A model generated the notes under the pieces. That model worked only from the letters and a program-made list of their open reading frames with translations, did no database searches and was not told the origin of the DNA. Position numbers and translations under genes: made by a program. Of a stretch of 64,000 nt of DNA, positions 1 through 12,663 are shown piece by piece; the stretch's first letter is position 1, and every line of letters starts with the position of its first letter. Source of the stretch: Heptranchias perlo (lineage: Eukaryota); contig NC_090332.1 of the NCBI RefSeq assembly GCF_035084215.1, forward strand, positions 34,906,001 through 34,970,000, written 5' to 3'.

Positions 1-490
1 TTAAGCCTTGAAGTGATGAAGGCATGGACTAGGGTAAAGGGGAAGAGGTATGCAGTGGAGGCAGGCAATGTTATGGATGTGGAAGAAAATACTCTTGGTT
101 ATAGGGTAGATATGGGAGAGAAAGCTGAACAGTATAAGAAGATTCTGCATCTTTTGACTCAGCCTGAGACGGCAGCTGAGGAATTGAAGATGCTAGCAGG
201 AGCCAAAAAGGATAGCTTTTGTTTTGCCAAAATTAAGCAGTAGAAAATTTTGTCTCATCCAGATTTTGATCCCTGATGGGAAGTGCAAGAGATAGAAACA
301 ATGGAGGAAGCTTACATGTGACAGTTGAGCTCATGCTTCCTAATGATATCGCTAAGGTGTAGCATGGAGATGAGGGGGGGTGACTAGGGATAGACCCAAA
401 GGTAGCCTTGCGGGCAGAGTAGGCGAAGGCTTTGAAGTTAATGTAGTGTCTGCCTTGTCGCAGACATGAGCGGAACCAGGAGAGAGCAGT
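1..490 (-). mobile_element. Decayed L2-like LINE fragment
   Basis: Purine-rich plus strand resembling the antisense of L2 RT coding sequence (e.g. ggaaccaggagagagcagtgccaagg); no intact ORF; boundaries approximate. Confidence 0.35.
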
Positions 491-1049
491 GCCAAGGAGG
501 TGGATTGCAGAAGAGGATGGATTTACAGAACTTTCTGTTTTTATTTCAGATTTCCAGCCTTTGTGATGTTTCAACTAATATCTTCCATTTTTCTCCCAAT
601 CCCTGGTCTACTACACTTAATATATATTTATATATAAATCATTCTACGATTTAATACACAGCATTTGGAGGTGTTTTGGATATAACAAGGCAATCAAATA
701 TCTACACCTTGTCCCAATAATAAGAAAAAAAAAGAAAACTAAAGAAAGGCAAATAAAAAAGAATTTAAGTAGGAAAACGAAAGGGTTGGAGAAATAGGAA
801 ATTAACTGCTGAAATCAAAATAGTCAAATATTAGAACACATTAGATTAAGGGCAGCTTCTTGTAATTGTTAAAAAGGGTTATTCCAAGCTCTCTGATTTC
901 ATCAACCTACTAGTTTTGCTACTTTACGTGACAATTCACAGCAATCCAGTTAAAAGCAGGAGGAAACTCAATACATTGAAAGAAGAATCCAACCCCATCA
1001 ATTCCATTCAAGAAAGTCACAACTCTTCACGTTTTGGTCTGGGGAGCAA

Positions 1050-1290
1050 TCGATGACATCGGCTTAATTAATCTTGTCTCATTTTCGTGCTGATGAAACG
1101 AGCTGAAGGTGATTGATTATCTGTTTGTGTGAATGTTCATCAATCCGTGAATTTTTACATACCTCACCGTACTATGCGACCTCTGCCAGCCCCTTTCTGC
1201 CCAAGGTTGCGCTCAACATGGTTCGCTGTAGACAAAGCTTATTGTGGAAATCGGCTTAGACTGTCTCTATAGCAACTGCAAATCATAATA
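1050..1290 (+). promoter_or_regulatory. Candidate photoreceptor promoter of the RD3 gene (CRX/OTX-type, NRL half-site and X-box motifs)
   Basis: GGCTTA (reverse complement TAAGCC) at 1061-1066 and 1253-1258, TAATCT at 1069-1074, TGCTGA at 1088-1093, X-box-like GTCTCTATAGCAAC at 1263-1276; locally CpG-richer; upstream of a consensus donor at 1535. Confidence 0.45.
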
Positions 1291-1534
1291 GGAGTGTGAG
1301 GGCTTCACCAGTGAATCATCTTCGTGATGGTAAAACGGAGGCAACAGGTCCTGAGCAAGAGCCCCGCTTAGCGCACTCTCCAGCCACGATCACACTGACC
1401 ACCAGGACTCAACCAGCCGTCCAAAAAAAAGGTGACTGTACGGGATCAGATTCACTTAACAGGCGTTTCAGCACACTTTTCAGGTGTGAAGGGCTCCATC
1501 TGCGCTAAATAAGGAGACTCGGCTCTTAACACGA
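1290..1534 (+). other. RD3: Putative non-coding first exon of RD3 (start uncertain)
   Basis: Consensus donor GA|GTAAGT at 1535-1540. The RD3 ATG lies 22 nt after an acceptor (tttcag ending at 4116), so an upstream non-coding exon is expected; mammalian RD3 has a non-coding exon 1. Confidence 0.45.
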
Positions 1535-4138
1535 GTAAGTGATGCACTTTCACTATCTGTAATATGAATGCTTGTGAATTCACCAGCTGTTTGCAGCAAT
1601 CTTTTCCTAACAGAGGAGCAGTCGATCAATCATCTTGTAAACTGCTTTGATTTATTTTGTGTTTGGTTCCATTTGAGGTTTATCTCCGGAGGGAGAGAGA
1701 AAAAAAGTAAAATAACCCACATTAAACAGTGATTATTATAAAGCAATATCTATTATCGACAATGGTGTAATCTATTTTCCTGTCTAATAATAGCTGTGCA
1801 TGCGCACACCCATATATTCTTAGCAGTGAGTAAAAGCTAATTAGCTGATTTAGTATTGTCGGACATTAGGAGAGTAGGTTATTTTAATTTCAATCTTTTA
1901 TTAATTGAAATAGGCAGAGGTATATTCTACTTTTATTTATTAAATCTTGAATAATTATTAGTACTATGGGATAAAACTGTGCCAAATACACACACGACCC
2001 CAAACTCAACGCACTAAGCAGTATTTTCACAATACATTATCCACCCACAGCTAATGAAAGAATCAATCTGCTGGAAAGGTCGTTGGGCATAGTTTTAAAA
2101 AAAACACTTGTCAAAAATTGTGTTGGAATATTACACACAAGAATGTGTAACACTCACTAACTTGACCACACATACTCCTGTCAAATAACTTTATTTGTCT
2201 TGAGATTAACAGAAAATAAGATTTGAAGAAGTGATCATTGACCAGATGCCATTACAATTTGCAACCTAATTTCAGTCAGACAAATCTTTTCTTGAAAAAG
2301 CAACTGCAATTTATAAAATGCAGGAGAAAAATCCCTCCACACCTGCCTGTTCTCCCCCAACTTCTCAAAAAGATACTCAATGTCGAAGAATTCTGCCAAG
2401 TTCCTTCATAAGGCAGAAGCCTTCACTTCCCCTGCCATTATCCCAACTCCTAAAAGCTGAAAGCATTCACAGAAATGAACTCAGAACTCTATGTGCTCAA
2501 CCCGTGTTTACTTCACACAAGATATTATCCATATTCTCCAAAAATCTCAATCACCCTATCTACAACTACTTCTTAACACCATGTCCATCTTTTGTACCAG
2601 CTACTTTACTTGCTTGTACTCCTAATCTACTACCCAATGAGGTGCTCCCTCAGTGAGTTGATGGTGAGAGGTGGGTGACAGGGATGGTGCCTCCAGATGA
2701 TTCAGCTTCTGACAGCCTATCTCTTGCAGTGGCAAACGGTTCAGGGCCCAAGCCTGAAGCTCCCCAGTGTGGAGGCATGGAGGGGGCCTAGAGGAAGAAG
2801 GCTCAGTGTCACTCTCTGGAGAAACATCGATATCTGCACCCACTCCTTGCAGCCCACTGGTGCGACCACAGGCTTAGAGGTGCTACTAGTCAGTGTCAGT
2901 ACAGACCAAATAGTCCTCATCAGGTCTTGGAGACTCTGTGGAAGTGTGGCATTCAGACTAAACCTAAAGCCATCTGTTGAAGCAGTAGTATCTGCAATAC
3001 CGGAAGCCATCAATGTCTTTGATGCTGCAGACATTCCCCCGGCTGTTATAGTCTCCAGCATGTTGCTCCAGTTGTGGAAATATGTTTGTGTGGATGTTTA
3101 TTAACTGGATTCTCACTTTAATGGTCCCATGGTTGTGGAGTCCAGGGATATTCACTGTATAGATTTACAGATGAAGAACAAACATATGGAAGAGGTATTA
3201 ATTGACTGCTGGTACCATCCTGCTGCATGAGTCACTGCTTTTTCGAAAAGGAGTGGAGAAAACTGGATGAGCAAGAATGAAATTAATTTTGAAAATTAAT
3301 CTTCATATAAATTGTGATTTTATTTATTTAGCTTACCTTTTGTTTGACGATAAACTCCTATTTTTCTCCCAATTTCTCTGGTTTGACCGTATCAATGGGT
3401 ATGTTCTTTTTCACGTATAATTATGCATAGTTTATAAATATGAGCTAAGAAAATCATTCCATTGGCCAAACTAATTGATAGGGAGGCAAATTGCAAACTG
3501 ATTAGTATCTTTTTAAGACTTCACGAGTTTCTGATGAGATGCCTTTGAAATACAGTAAATCCATTAGCCAGGTTCTATTAATATTAGTCAATAGAATTTA
3601 ACTTCTGAAATGAATGAAGATTTGATATCTACAGTGGGATTTAAATAATATCAGAGAATAACTGTTTATTCTGTTCATCATTCGTGTTTTTTTACTCAAT
3701 TAGATTTTACCCTTCTGCATTCACACGGATGTCTAAAATAAATAAGAAGCATAATGTAAATGGTAAAATAAGTTGTTTTGCTGTTTCGATGTACCATATT
3801 TACACTTCAAACACAAAAGTAAAGATTTCTGTTATCTCACTGATAGCTAATCTCATTAAAACTGCTGCAGCTAGAAGAATTGTCAAGCAGTCTTTTAAAA
3901 CTGGGTTTGCTTGGCTTAAGAGGTGGTGTGCATTCAGATTAAAGAGTACCTTTTTTAGTACTTCAACTAGTGGTTCAAAATCCATCAAGAACAGTCACTG
4001 AACATTTGTTTATCGTAGCTGTCCTCAGTGGCTGAGCTGGGAAAGTTAAAGAATTCTAATATGGCTTTTTAGAGAGAATTATTTAGATCACTAAATCTTC
4101 CTTACTGTATTTTCAGAGAACAGCATCACGAGTGAACA

Positions 4139-4434
4139 ATGTCAATAGCTTCCTGGTTTAAATGGAGCGAGCCTTATCACGGGTACTCCCAGAGAAGCCC
4201 CACAGATATGGTAACAGAGACCCTCATGATGGAACTCAGCTGGCAGATGAAACAAGCTGAGAAGATGCAGAGGGAGCGAGAGAATGAGTACAGGAGGATA
4301 AAAACAGGCGTGGACTACAGCTGGCTGGTCAGTCATCCCAAACACGGTTATGAGGTGTCCCCAGGGGAGAGGCTAGAACTTGAGGAAGCATGTTCCAAAA
4401 TCCATCCTTCTTACTGTGGACCTGTGGTACTTAG
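4139..4434 (+). CDS. RD3: RD3 (retinal degeneration 3 / retinal guanylyl cyclase regulator) family, first coding exon
   Basis: MSIASWFKWSEP...RSPTDMVTETLMMEL...KTGVDYSWL...LEEACSKIHPSYCGPVVLR matches RD3 motifs (ETLMMEL, TGVDYSWL, KIHPSYCGP); acceptor ending at 4116, donor AG|GTAATG at 4435 (phase 2). Ortholog versus close paralog not resolved. Confidence 0.93.
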
Positions 4435-4994
4435 GTAATGTCTCTGCAATCTGATATTAATTTGTATACAATTGGACTGGAGCCTTCTAACTATCAACCT
4501 CAAATTTGCACAAACTAAACTGATCGAGGGATCTTATGGAAGGGCTAAAAATAGGATCATTGGGGCTCCCTGGAAAGAATATACTGTCCGTCACTCAATT
4601 TTTCTGTGCATGTAGCTGCATTTGATGCTAACTGACACATAGGAAGCATGGTGCACTTGTAATGTTTTGTAGCTTGGAGCTCCAGCAACATCTTTCTGTT
4701 CAATACTGTGCTGCAATTATTTTTATTGTGATATTTTATGGATTCCCTCTCCTACCTTTGATAAGTTTCAAGGACCCTTGTGGTGGTGAGTTTTGCTAGT
4801 CCCCAAGCTTGCACATGCAAGCTGTGAGTATAGTGCCAAGCAGTCATAATGAATCATAACAGCTCAGATGAGAAGCTGCTGTCTCCAGTCAATTTTAGCA
4901 GTATGCAGCAATGGTATAAAGAGACAGCAGCTGATCCTGTATGTGCTTGTAGTTTGAACTACTACAGTGCAACTTGATGGACTAAAACAGACCA

Positions 4995-5652
4995 TATGGG
5001 GGCAATATTAATCCTACTCGCCTGGCAGTTAAAATCGCCCAGGTTACTTACCTGCCATAAAGCTGCCAGGATTCTACCGTCCGGGATTTTAAGCTGCTCT
5101 ACTGAGCAGGTGGCAAGGACACCCGCCATAGCCAGTAGGGCCCTTTGCATATGCATGTTGGGTCTCAATGACATCATCAGAATCAGACTGCAATTTTAAC
5201 TCTGGTCTGAGTGAGGAAGCCACTGCAGCTTCCCTGCCAGGTAAAAGACAGTCAGGACCTTCCGAGAAAAAGAGGCCAACAAACAAAAGGCAGGAGTGCT
5301 CATCCAGGCCCCAAAAGGAAAGCTGAGGCCTCCGCTGCCCTGGACGTCTCCCTCCCCCCTCCCCCCTCCCCGCCCCCCCACTTGAATGTGAGACCACTGC
5401 GAGATGCCTCTAGAATCCAATCCTGCCACCTATCCAAATGCTACCAAAAGCGGGTAGCATTTGGGCTGCACGATTTCCCACCGCTTCTCACTGATTTCCC
5501 ACATGTTCCGGATAGGAAGTCAGCCCGCACGATTTAAACATGGCCTAGGAGTTAAAATGGCCTGAGCTTCATTTTTGGAACAGTGGTTGGGTTTCCAACT
5601 CACCTTGCTACCCACCCACCCAAAACTTGCCCAGAGTTAAAATTGGGGCCTA
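4995..5652. mobile_element. Probable non-autonomous DNA transposon (Harbinger-type MITE)
   Basis: GC-richer block starting GGGGCAATATT and ending AAATTGGGGCC, similar in style to other GGCC/GGGC-terminated elements in the window; no coding capacity. Confidence 0.35.
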
Positions 5653-7110
5653 CATCTTACTGTAAGATGATCAATTCAGTCACAGATCAGTCACCGCTTG
5701 TCATCCCAATCTATTTTAGTGCTGTTTCCTCTTTATTGTCCTTTTTCTCATTTTCCCATTCTTTTGGGAAGTTGAAATAAAATACTAGTCAATGTTTTAT
5801 TTCAACTTAACTAATTATCACTGTTCCACCAGATGTTCACTGTCATCTGGTGTAATTGCTGGAAGCTGTCCACCAAGAATTCTGCCAATGTGCTCCACAG
5901 AGTATCTATTATGTACTATATCACGTCTCCATGGGCCTCTTCACTCCTTGCCCTCCTTTCCCCCCCCCCAGGGCTGCTTGTGCTTGCCATCATGGGGCCT
6001 TAGACTGCCTTCCTCATCTCCACCTCCGTGCTTGGGCCTTGGACCTCTGGCCATCCATCTATCTTTTTGGCAATACTTGCCCACCCTTGGGCTATTATCC
6101 TTGTATCCAGCTGCCCATTCCGTCTTCCTGCCCTGTCGACTGCTGCCCCTAACCCGCTATTTGCATCCTCCAGTCCACATGTTCCTTCTTCACCGGTTTT
6201 ATGACACTAAGCTGGAAAATGTGAATTTGTTTTTTAAAGCACTTATACTGCTATAGTTTATTTTATAATGCTATAAAAAAACAAATATTTGGTTTCCCAG
6301 CTTGGTGATGGGAAACTGGCTTTGACATCAGTTTGATGTAGGGGTAGTGGGAGGAGGATGGGGGCTGGGGGCTGGGAAATAGAAGGGAATGGGATCTGAG
6401 AATGGGTTGAGGGAATGGATTCTGAAGAAGGAGGGTAAGGGAATGGGGAAGCAGGGAGGGGAGAGGTTGGGGAAAAGAGACGAGGTGATGGGTGGAAGAG
6501 AGGATGCTGGCAAACCAGCAGTTTGTTTCTTAAAGTGCTTATAATAGTAGAGCCTTTTTACAACATAATAATCAATTTAAACACACACTTCTGGTTTCCG
6601 AGCTTAGTGTCAGGCATGAGGGCTGGACCACTACTTTGCATTGCTTTTGGCTGCTGCCCTATGGCCCTGTGACCCATCACGCCAAAGCCAGTCTGCACCC
6701 CGGCTGGATTCCTCTCCCATCTGTTACCTGACACCCACCTACAGCCTGGCCACATCCTTCCCCCAACCGGCATCTACACCTCCCATCAACAAATCGGAAA
6801 ACAAGAGAGAGAAAAAAGATGGCACAGAGACAAGCAGAAATGAAAAGCAACAAGAAAAAAACAGAAGAGAAAAGAGAGGGAGAGAACCAGCAACATGACG
6901 ATGAGTTCACCCAGCTCAAATTATTCACCAAAGTGTCCAATACTTCCTGTCACCTCCACTTCTTCTGGACCCTACCCTCCAACTTAATGTGAGCAATGCC
7001 AAGGGAAATCCACTAGTAATGTATTAAAAATTTTGTGTATAGTGGGTGCCATCATTCATTTTCTGTAACAATTTTGTTCAACACTTCCTGTAATGCTCTT
7101 GTGTCCCTTA

Positions 7111-7894
7111 GGCCTCGATGTTGACCCCCCCCCCAAGACGTGTTGGAGAGGGGTTAAAAATTTTAAAATGGGGAATGCGTCCCCAACCCGCGACGTACGC
7201 GCCTGCCTCCAATTTCAGGGCACTGAGATGGTCATGAAAGTGTCCTGCCGAAGAGAGGCAAGACACTTCATTAGCATATCTAAATCAGGTTCTCACTGTG
7301 CAATTGGGAGCCTGATTTAAATTTAACAGTTGCCGTGTGGGTTTCCCAGGGCTCAGAAAACCCGGCAGTAAAAGGGAGGTAGGAGCTGCCGGTTCAAGAA
7401 GGTAAGTGTCCTTTACAGCGCTCCTTGTGGGTTAGGAGGAGCAGGAGTGCTCTCCCCGGCCCCTCAAGAAAGCCGTCGTCCTCCCCTCTGCTACTATCAC
7501 GGCTGAACCTCCCGCCCCACCTCAAGGGCCAATCTCTGGCCTTCCCTTCCTCCCATTTGTCTCTCTCTCCACCGCCCCCCCAACCACTAATCGTCGGCCT
7601 TCCCCCTTCCGATTGCCTCTCTCTTCCCCCCCCCCCCATCCCAATCTCCGACCTCCCCCACTTCACGATTGCCGAGGACCATCCCCAAGGATCCCCGGCT
7701 GCAGCTTCCTGTCGCTGATTTTCCCACCCCACAGCTGACCAGCCTGTCAATTTGGCTGGCTGCCAGGCCGGAAACAGAATTAAAAAATTATAATGAGGTC
7801 CAGCCGTTAAATTTGTCGGGACCTCCGCATCCCCAGCCTTGATGTCCACTCCAGCAGTTTTCACCCTCCCCTGGTCCCTGTAAACATTAGGGCC
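7111..7894. mobile_element. Harbinger/PIF-type MITE
   Basis: Imperfect TIRs GGCCTCGATGTT (7111) and AACATTAGGGCC (7894); 3-nt flanks TTA / TCA. The internal segment 7340-7470 recurs at about 51405-51560. Confidence 0.65.
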
Positions 7895-8728
7895 TCAGCG
7901 TTAGGTAAGCTTAAAGTTTCAGCAAAGTCTCAGCAAAGTTTCTTATAGCAATGCCGAGCCAGACTTTAAAAAGTATTGAATTCTAATTGTTTTATTTCAG
8001 AAAGCAGTGCCAATAAATCTCATTCTAAAGAGAGACAAATAATTACATTTGGAATTTCTAAACTAAAAAGAAAACGTTTCGGTTTTTCGAATGTATTTGA
8101 GAATTCCAAAGTAAAACGAGGTATATTATGAATCCCTTACTGCCAAATTACTCCTCAGAACAGGTAGAATTATCTGAAATATAGTACTGAGTGTGGCGAT
8201 GCAATCATGCAGCATAGCTTTCCATATTGCTGACAAAACACATTCCTTATCATGAACAGTATCCCCCTCTTCGAAGAACCAGAACATTTAAATGACTAAC
8301 ACAAAAAGTAACAAATGTAAAAGCTTTAATTTACTACATGTTTGGTGCAAAGAGCTTACCTGATGGCCACATTATCAGAACTGTTAAATCACACTTTCAA
8401 AAGAAGACAAAAGATTGATAGTTTTGGAACAATTCTGTTGCATCTTATTATACATTCTACCATGCTTCATTGTGTATGCGTCAGGGTGAAACGGAATGTA
8501 CGTTCCCATAGGAGCTACAGCACTGACAATAGATTAATTGTTCTGGCTATAAATATAGACACTTCTCTTCAACATCTCTATCTTTGGAACCAGAAGCAAT
8601 TGTTTTACCAAAGGATTTATGACTAAGTGTATACTTTTAAAAAATACTGGCAGATCTTTTATGGTGCTACTCACATAGGATACACTGTTTCAAAAGGACA
8701 GGAGCATTAAACCATATAAATCATAGTA

Positions 8729-10094
8729 GCCTAGAAATTCAATGGCACTGCTCCCATTCTTCAAACATCCAATTTGGCAGGCGGGGCACACGCACTCATT
8801 ATGTGCCTGAAATGCACTGACCGTCATATTAGATCAGGCTGCTCTGTAGCCATCCGGGATTCACGCCGGAAGTATGTTAAATGCTGATTAAAATGTTTAA
8901 CATTTAGGGTCCTACACTACCCTTTTGTGATATTGGGCTGCCCCAGCACCTGACTTGCCACATGTTAAATTCGCCCAGCAACTTGTGGAACTAACAGGCA
9001 GCAAGGACCCTGCAGCAGCGCTAATTAAAGGGCTCATCCACTACTTACAGGTTAGTTGCTGGTTTGTCATTTGAGGCTGCTGGATAACTTCTGGATGTTT
9101 TTTGGCCTGTTTTCTGACTGTGAAAACTTAATTCTGACTGCTGAGAGGAAGATTTTGTTGGCGCTGCACTGTTTTTGGCTGCCTTCTAAACGGTTTTACT
9201 GCAATCATAGATGATCTGGTGGGGCTGGAGGAATAAGCGGAGCATCAAGGAAGACAGGAGAGAGCAGGAGCAGCTGGGAGAAGAGGGAGGAGGAATGTAC
9301 CATGCAGGAGGCCATATCCACAGTGGGTCTTCAGGGAGCACTTCTCCTACCTCAACTTCCCAGAGGAGCAATGTCTCAGACACCTTTGCTTCACAATGGA
9401 GGCTATCATTGAGCTATTTCACCTGCTGCAGCCACAATTTGAGTCTCGAACCAGAACATGGACAGCACTGCCTGTGGCTGTCAAGGTCACCGCGGCCCTT
9501 AACTTTTATGCAGCAGATTCCTTCCAGGCTGCAACAGGTGACATCAGCGGCATCTCACAGTTTGCAGTCCACCGCAGCATCAGGAAGGTCACCGGAGCCC
9601 TCTCCACCAGGAGGAAGTAGATGCTGATATGCTCCACTCCCGATCGCATCGGAATATCTGGGGTTAGGGTGGGATCACTTAATTTAAATGGGAGCAGCAG
9701 GTGCCTGCTCCAATATGGGTGCATCCTGGGCACCCACCAGAGAAGGGTCGCGGGAAATGAGGCACGGTTGGGAGTGTGGCTGGGGTGCCCTCCCTGGAAG
9801 ACAGTTGGATCGGCCCCCTTGATAGGAGGGCTAATCTAAGCAGGCAACTGAAGTATTTCTAGAGTATTCCAGGCCAAAACATCAGCCTAGATACCACATT
9901 GGGCCCACTTCCGCTCATTGGCAGGCCTGTATGCCTGATTCATCCTGGTGTCCAGGTTGCTGGGTGGCAGGAAAGCTCGGGCTGAGGGAGTTTTTGGCAT
10001 GGGAATTCTCTCCCCTTGGCCCAACCCCCTTTGAGGTAATGGCCCATGTTTGGGCGGTTCCACATGCCCAGATTCTGTCGGAAATTTGCAGCCC
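8729..10094 (+). mobile_element. Decayed PIF/Harbinger transposon with a transposase (HARBI1-like) fragment
   Basis: 9396-9620 encodes ...TALPVAVKVTAALNFYAADSFQAATGDISGISQFAVHRSIRKVTGAL, typical of the N-terminal HTH region of Harbinger DDE transposases. TIR-like ends gcctagaaattc / gaaatttgcagccc; outer boundaries approximate. Confidence 0.7.
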
Positions 10095-10384
10095 GAGCTG
10101 GGACCCAATGTATCTAGGTCCTACCCAATTTCCTTGGCCTTGTGGAAATGTGAGCCATTGTTCCCCATCATACTTTGCTGATAATACCCTAATCATTATA
10201 AAATAGTGATCCTCTGACTCAGTTGATCATTGCCATGGAATATCTCATTAAATGTAATGGAAGTAAATGCCAGTTCAGTTGTTACCAAATGTCACAAGGG
10301 GTAATAAAATAGTGACAACAGGAAGTGCATGTAATCATAAGAATATTAACATATTGCTCGAAGTTCTCCCGTGGCATTGCTTAT

Positions 10385-10620
10385 AGTAAGTTGGAGAATA
10401 TGATCTCTATTTTAGCCATCTCTGTTGTCTTCGTGTTGCTGTTTCTCTCTTCCGAGACATTTGACTGTCTCCCTTGTGGCTCGGCGACAAGAACTGGATG
10501 TGCTCAAGGTGTGGTCTGAACAGAGCACTGTACAGTTTGCTCATGACTTCCTCTGACTTAAATGTAACTGTTTTGGCTATGTAGTTCAACACTCTACTGG
10601 CTTTGTTGTTTGTGCTTTGC
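10385..10620 (-). mobile_element. CR1 LINE RT fragment
   Basis: Minus-strand translation ...KSEEVMSKLYSALFRPHLEH resembles the CR1 ORF2 motif LYxxLVRPHLEY. Confidence 0.6.
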
Positions 10621-10844
10621 CTTAAATGTCAACGATCGTTGATTTGACCACATACTTATTTTATCCAACTCACACTGTAACATCTGAGCTGCTTCCTCCA
10701 ATTCCATTGCTGTACCCAGGTAAAGGAACAGAGCACAAAATTGCTTTTTACTCTTTCTTGATATTTAGTTTGCAATAACCCTAGCTGTAGTTACTTCACA
10801 CAGCAGTTCTGTTCATTTTCCTTTTCTTTTTCTCAATATTGTTC

Positions 10845-11150
10845 TTTCCTCTCCTCATGAAGTGTCTTAATTCTGTATTGGGCTAGGGCTTCACAGATGC
10901 TGGGCACCCTCTGGTACCTTGTCCAAGCGGCTATTATTCTTCTGTGAATCTAGATGGTGAATGCTGGCAGGCTATCTGGCTGCAAGAAGCATCACCTCCA
11001 GGGGAGAGGGCACCACAGCCGAGCACTCTAGCATTCTCACCCGCTAGCCATACAAGTTCATTTTCACAAGGATCACTGAATAGTGATCAGGAGTGAGAAC
11101 CTTGGCTGATTTTCTCCTATCTAACGCAAGGTGCCAAAACTGATTATAAC
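10845..11150 (-). repeat. Old dispersed SINE-like repeat (related copies near 18640-18900, 26490-26720, 55650-55740, 59040-59350)
   Basis: Shared motifs such as tagtgatcaggag...ggctgatttt and ccaagcggc(c/t)att recur, in either orientation, at these positions. Confidence 0.5.
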
Positions 11151-11370
11151 CCAATAATTAGTGTGGCCTTGGTTTAACATGTACACTACTAACACATAAA
11201 GGTAAATTCAGCACTGCCAGTGGGGAACTGCAGGCAAAAATAGGAGTGCTGACTCTCCGATCTGCACTACCGTTGAGCCTGGTTCCTGCTGAAAGTGTGG
11301 GATCATCTAAGTTACCCGAAGTTAAGTAACAGGTTTATACATTTTAATTAAGATTCCATTTAATATGCAG

Positions 11371-11668
11371 GTTTCGACAGGTGGTTGTTGAATATGAACC
11401 AGAGGTGCAGGAAGTGTCGCAGTTATTCCGATCTGTTCTTCAAGATGCTATAGAGAGAATGAAGGAAGATCAAGATACAAAGAAGCTGACCAGGCAGTGG
11501 AACAAGAAACGGACGATGAGTCTGTCCATGATGATATTTAAATCACGAGTAAGGATCTATCCCTTCAGCAGTAATATCAAGACAGTCTCAGAGGATGTGG
11601 AACAAGGCTTCATGTCAGCCAGACGAGTATGGAGCATGCCAGAGTTCAAAACTGCTAAAGAGTTATGA
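11371..11668 (+). CDS. RD3: RD3 family, last coding exon
   Basis: Acceptor atatgcag ending at 11370, phase-compatible with the first coding exon; (R)FRQVVVEYEPEVQEVSQLFRSVLQ...KLTRQW...IYPFSSNIKTVSEDVE...VWSMPEFKTAKEL*. Spliced CDS 296+298=594 nt, 197 aa. Confidence 0.93.
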
Positions 11669-11876
11669 TGGAACGCACAATTCATGATTTTCTAATAGAA
11701 ATGATTGTATGGAGGTGATTAGAGGCAATCATATTTAATCATTGAATTTTAGATTGATCTTTACCTTTCAGGAATGTGACTGTTGTGAATGTGCATGGCC
11801 TGCCTACCAATACTATCAACATTTGAACTTGTGAACTCACAGAGGAGAATTTGAGTGGCCTATTCTTGACAGTGTG

Positions 11877-11991
11877 GGTGAAATTGGTTTGCAGCAAAAG
11901 GGCGAAAAGGACGATAGCGAATTGGCATCCCATTTTACACTGCGATCGATTTTCTTTACCACTGAATACAAAATGCACTTCCATTGCACCC
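11877..11991. mobile_element. Small MITE in the RD3 3' region (related copy at about 58879-58990)
   Basis: Imperfect TIRs GGGTGAAATTGG / CCATTGCACCC; internal cgatagc(g/a)aat(t/c)gg shared with the 58.9-kb copy, which has TIRs gaggttagttttaactt / aagttaaaatgacctc. Confidence 0.45.
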
Positions 11992-12628
11992 AACTGTGGA
12001 TAATTATGATTTATTAGAGTATGGTTTTGGTATATTATGGGAGATTTGTTTTGAGGACTATAAAAAAATCCATTAGCACTTTAAGTGTTCTTGCAACAGT
12101 CTTTTTCACAGGATGAATCTCTATACTGCATTGTCAATAATGCAATGTGCTGTTCATTATTATAAATACTTTTAAAATGAGTTCTGTGATGCTTCACACA
12201 ATATAGGCTATTAAGTGATTAGCAGTTAGGAATCAGTTTTATTTTCACTGCAGTCACATATCATGCTGTAATATTCAAGAGTCAGCAGCGACGTGAACTC
12301 TAGAAGATACCCCCACTCTCCTTCCAAATAATTTAAGGAATTGAAAGAGCAGTAAAGTCAGCATCTCTGCTAGTGTTAGAGTGTCCATTAGTGTTGCTCA
12401 CTTAGTAGAACTTTTAAAGTCAATCTAAATTAACTCTTCATTTGTCAAACATTTTCTTGAAATTTAATCACTAGAAGTAAACCTTTCAAACAGTATAAAA
12501 TATATTTTGGTATAGGTGAGGCATTCGGAGTAGGAAAGGGATACTGGTTCAACAGATGGCAGACTGAATGGTAATGGTATAGATGACAGGTTTGACATAC
12601 ACAAGAGATTTTATCATAACGATGTAAA

Positions 12629-12632
12629 TATT

Positions 12633-12663
<31 letters not shown>
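12629..12663. repeat. (TA)n microsatellite
   Basis: Visible TA run; a second run lies at about 13167-13186. Confidence 0.9.

Noticed and set aside
1089-1105. CTGATGA as a hammerhead core
   Set aside because: No stem II followed by GAAA and no stem I pairing; the CTGATGA at 13522 fails for the same reason.
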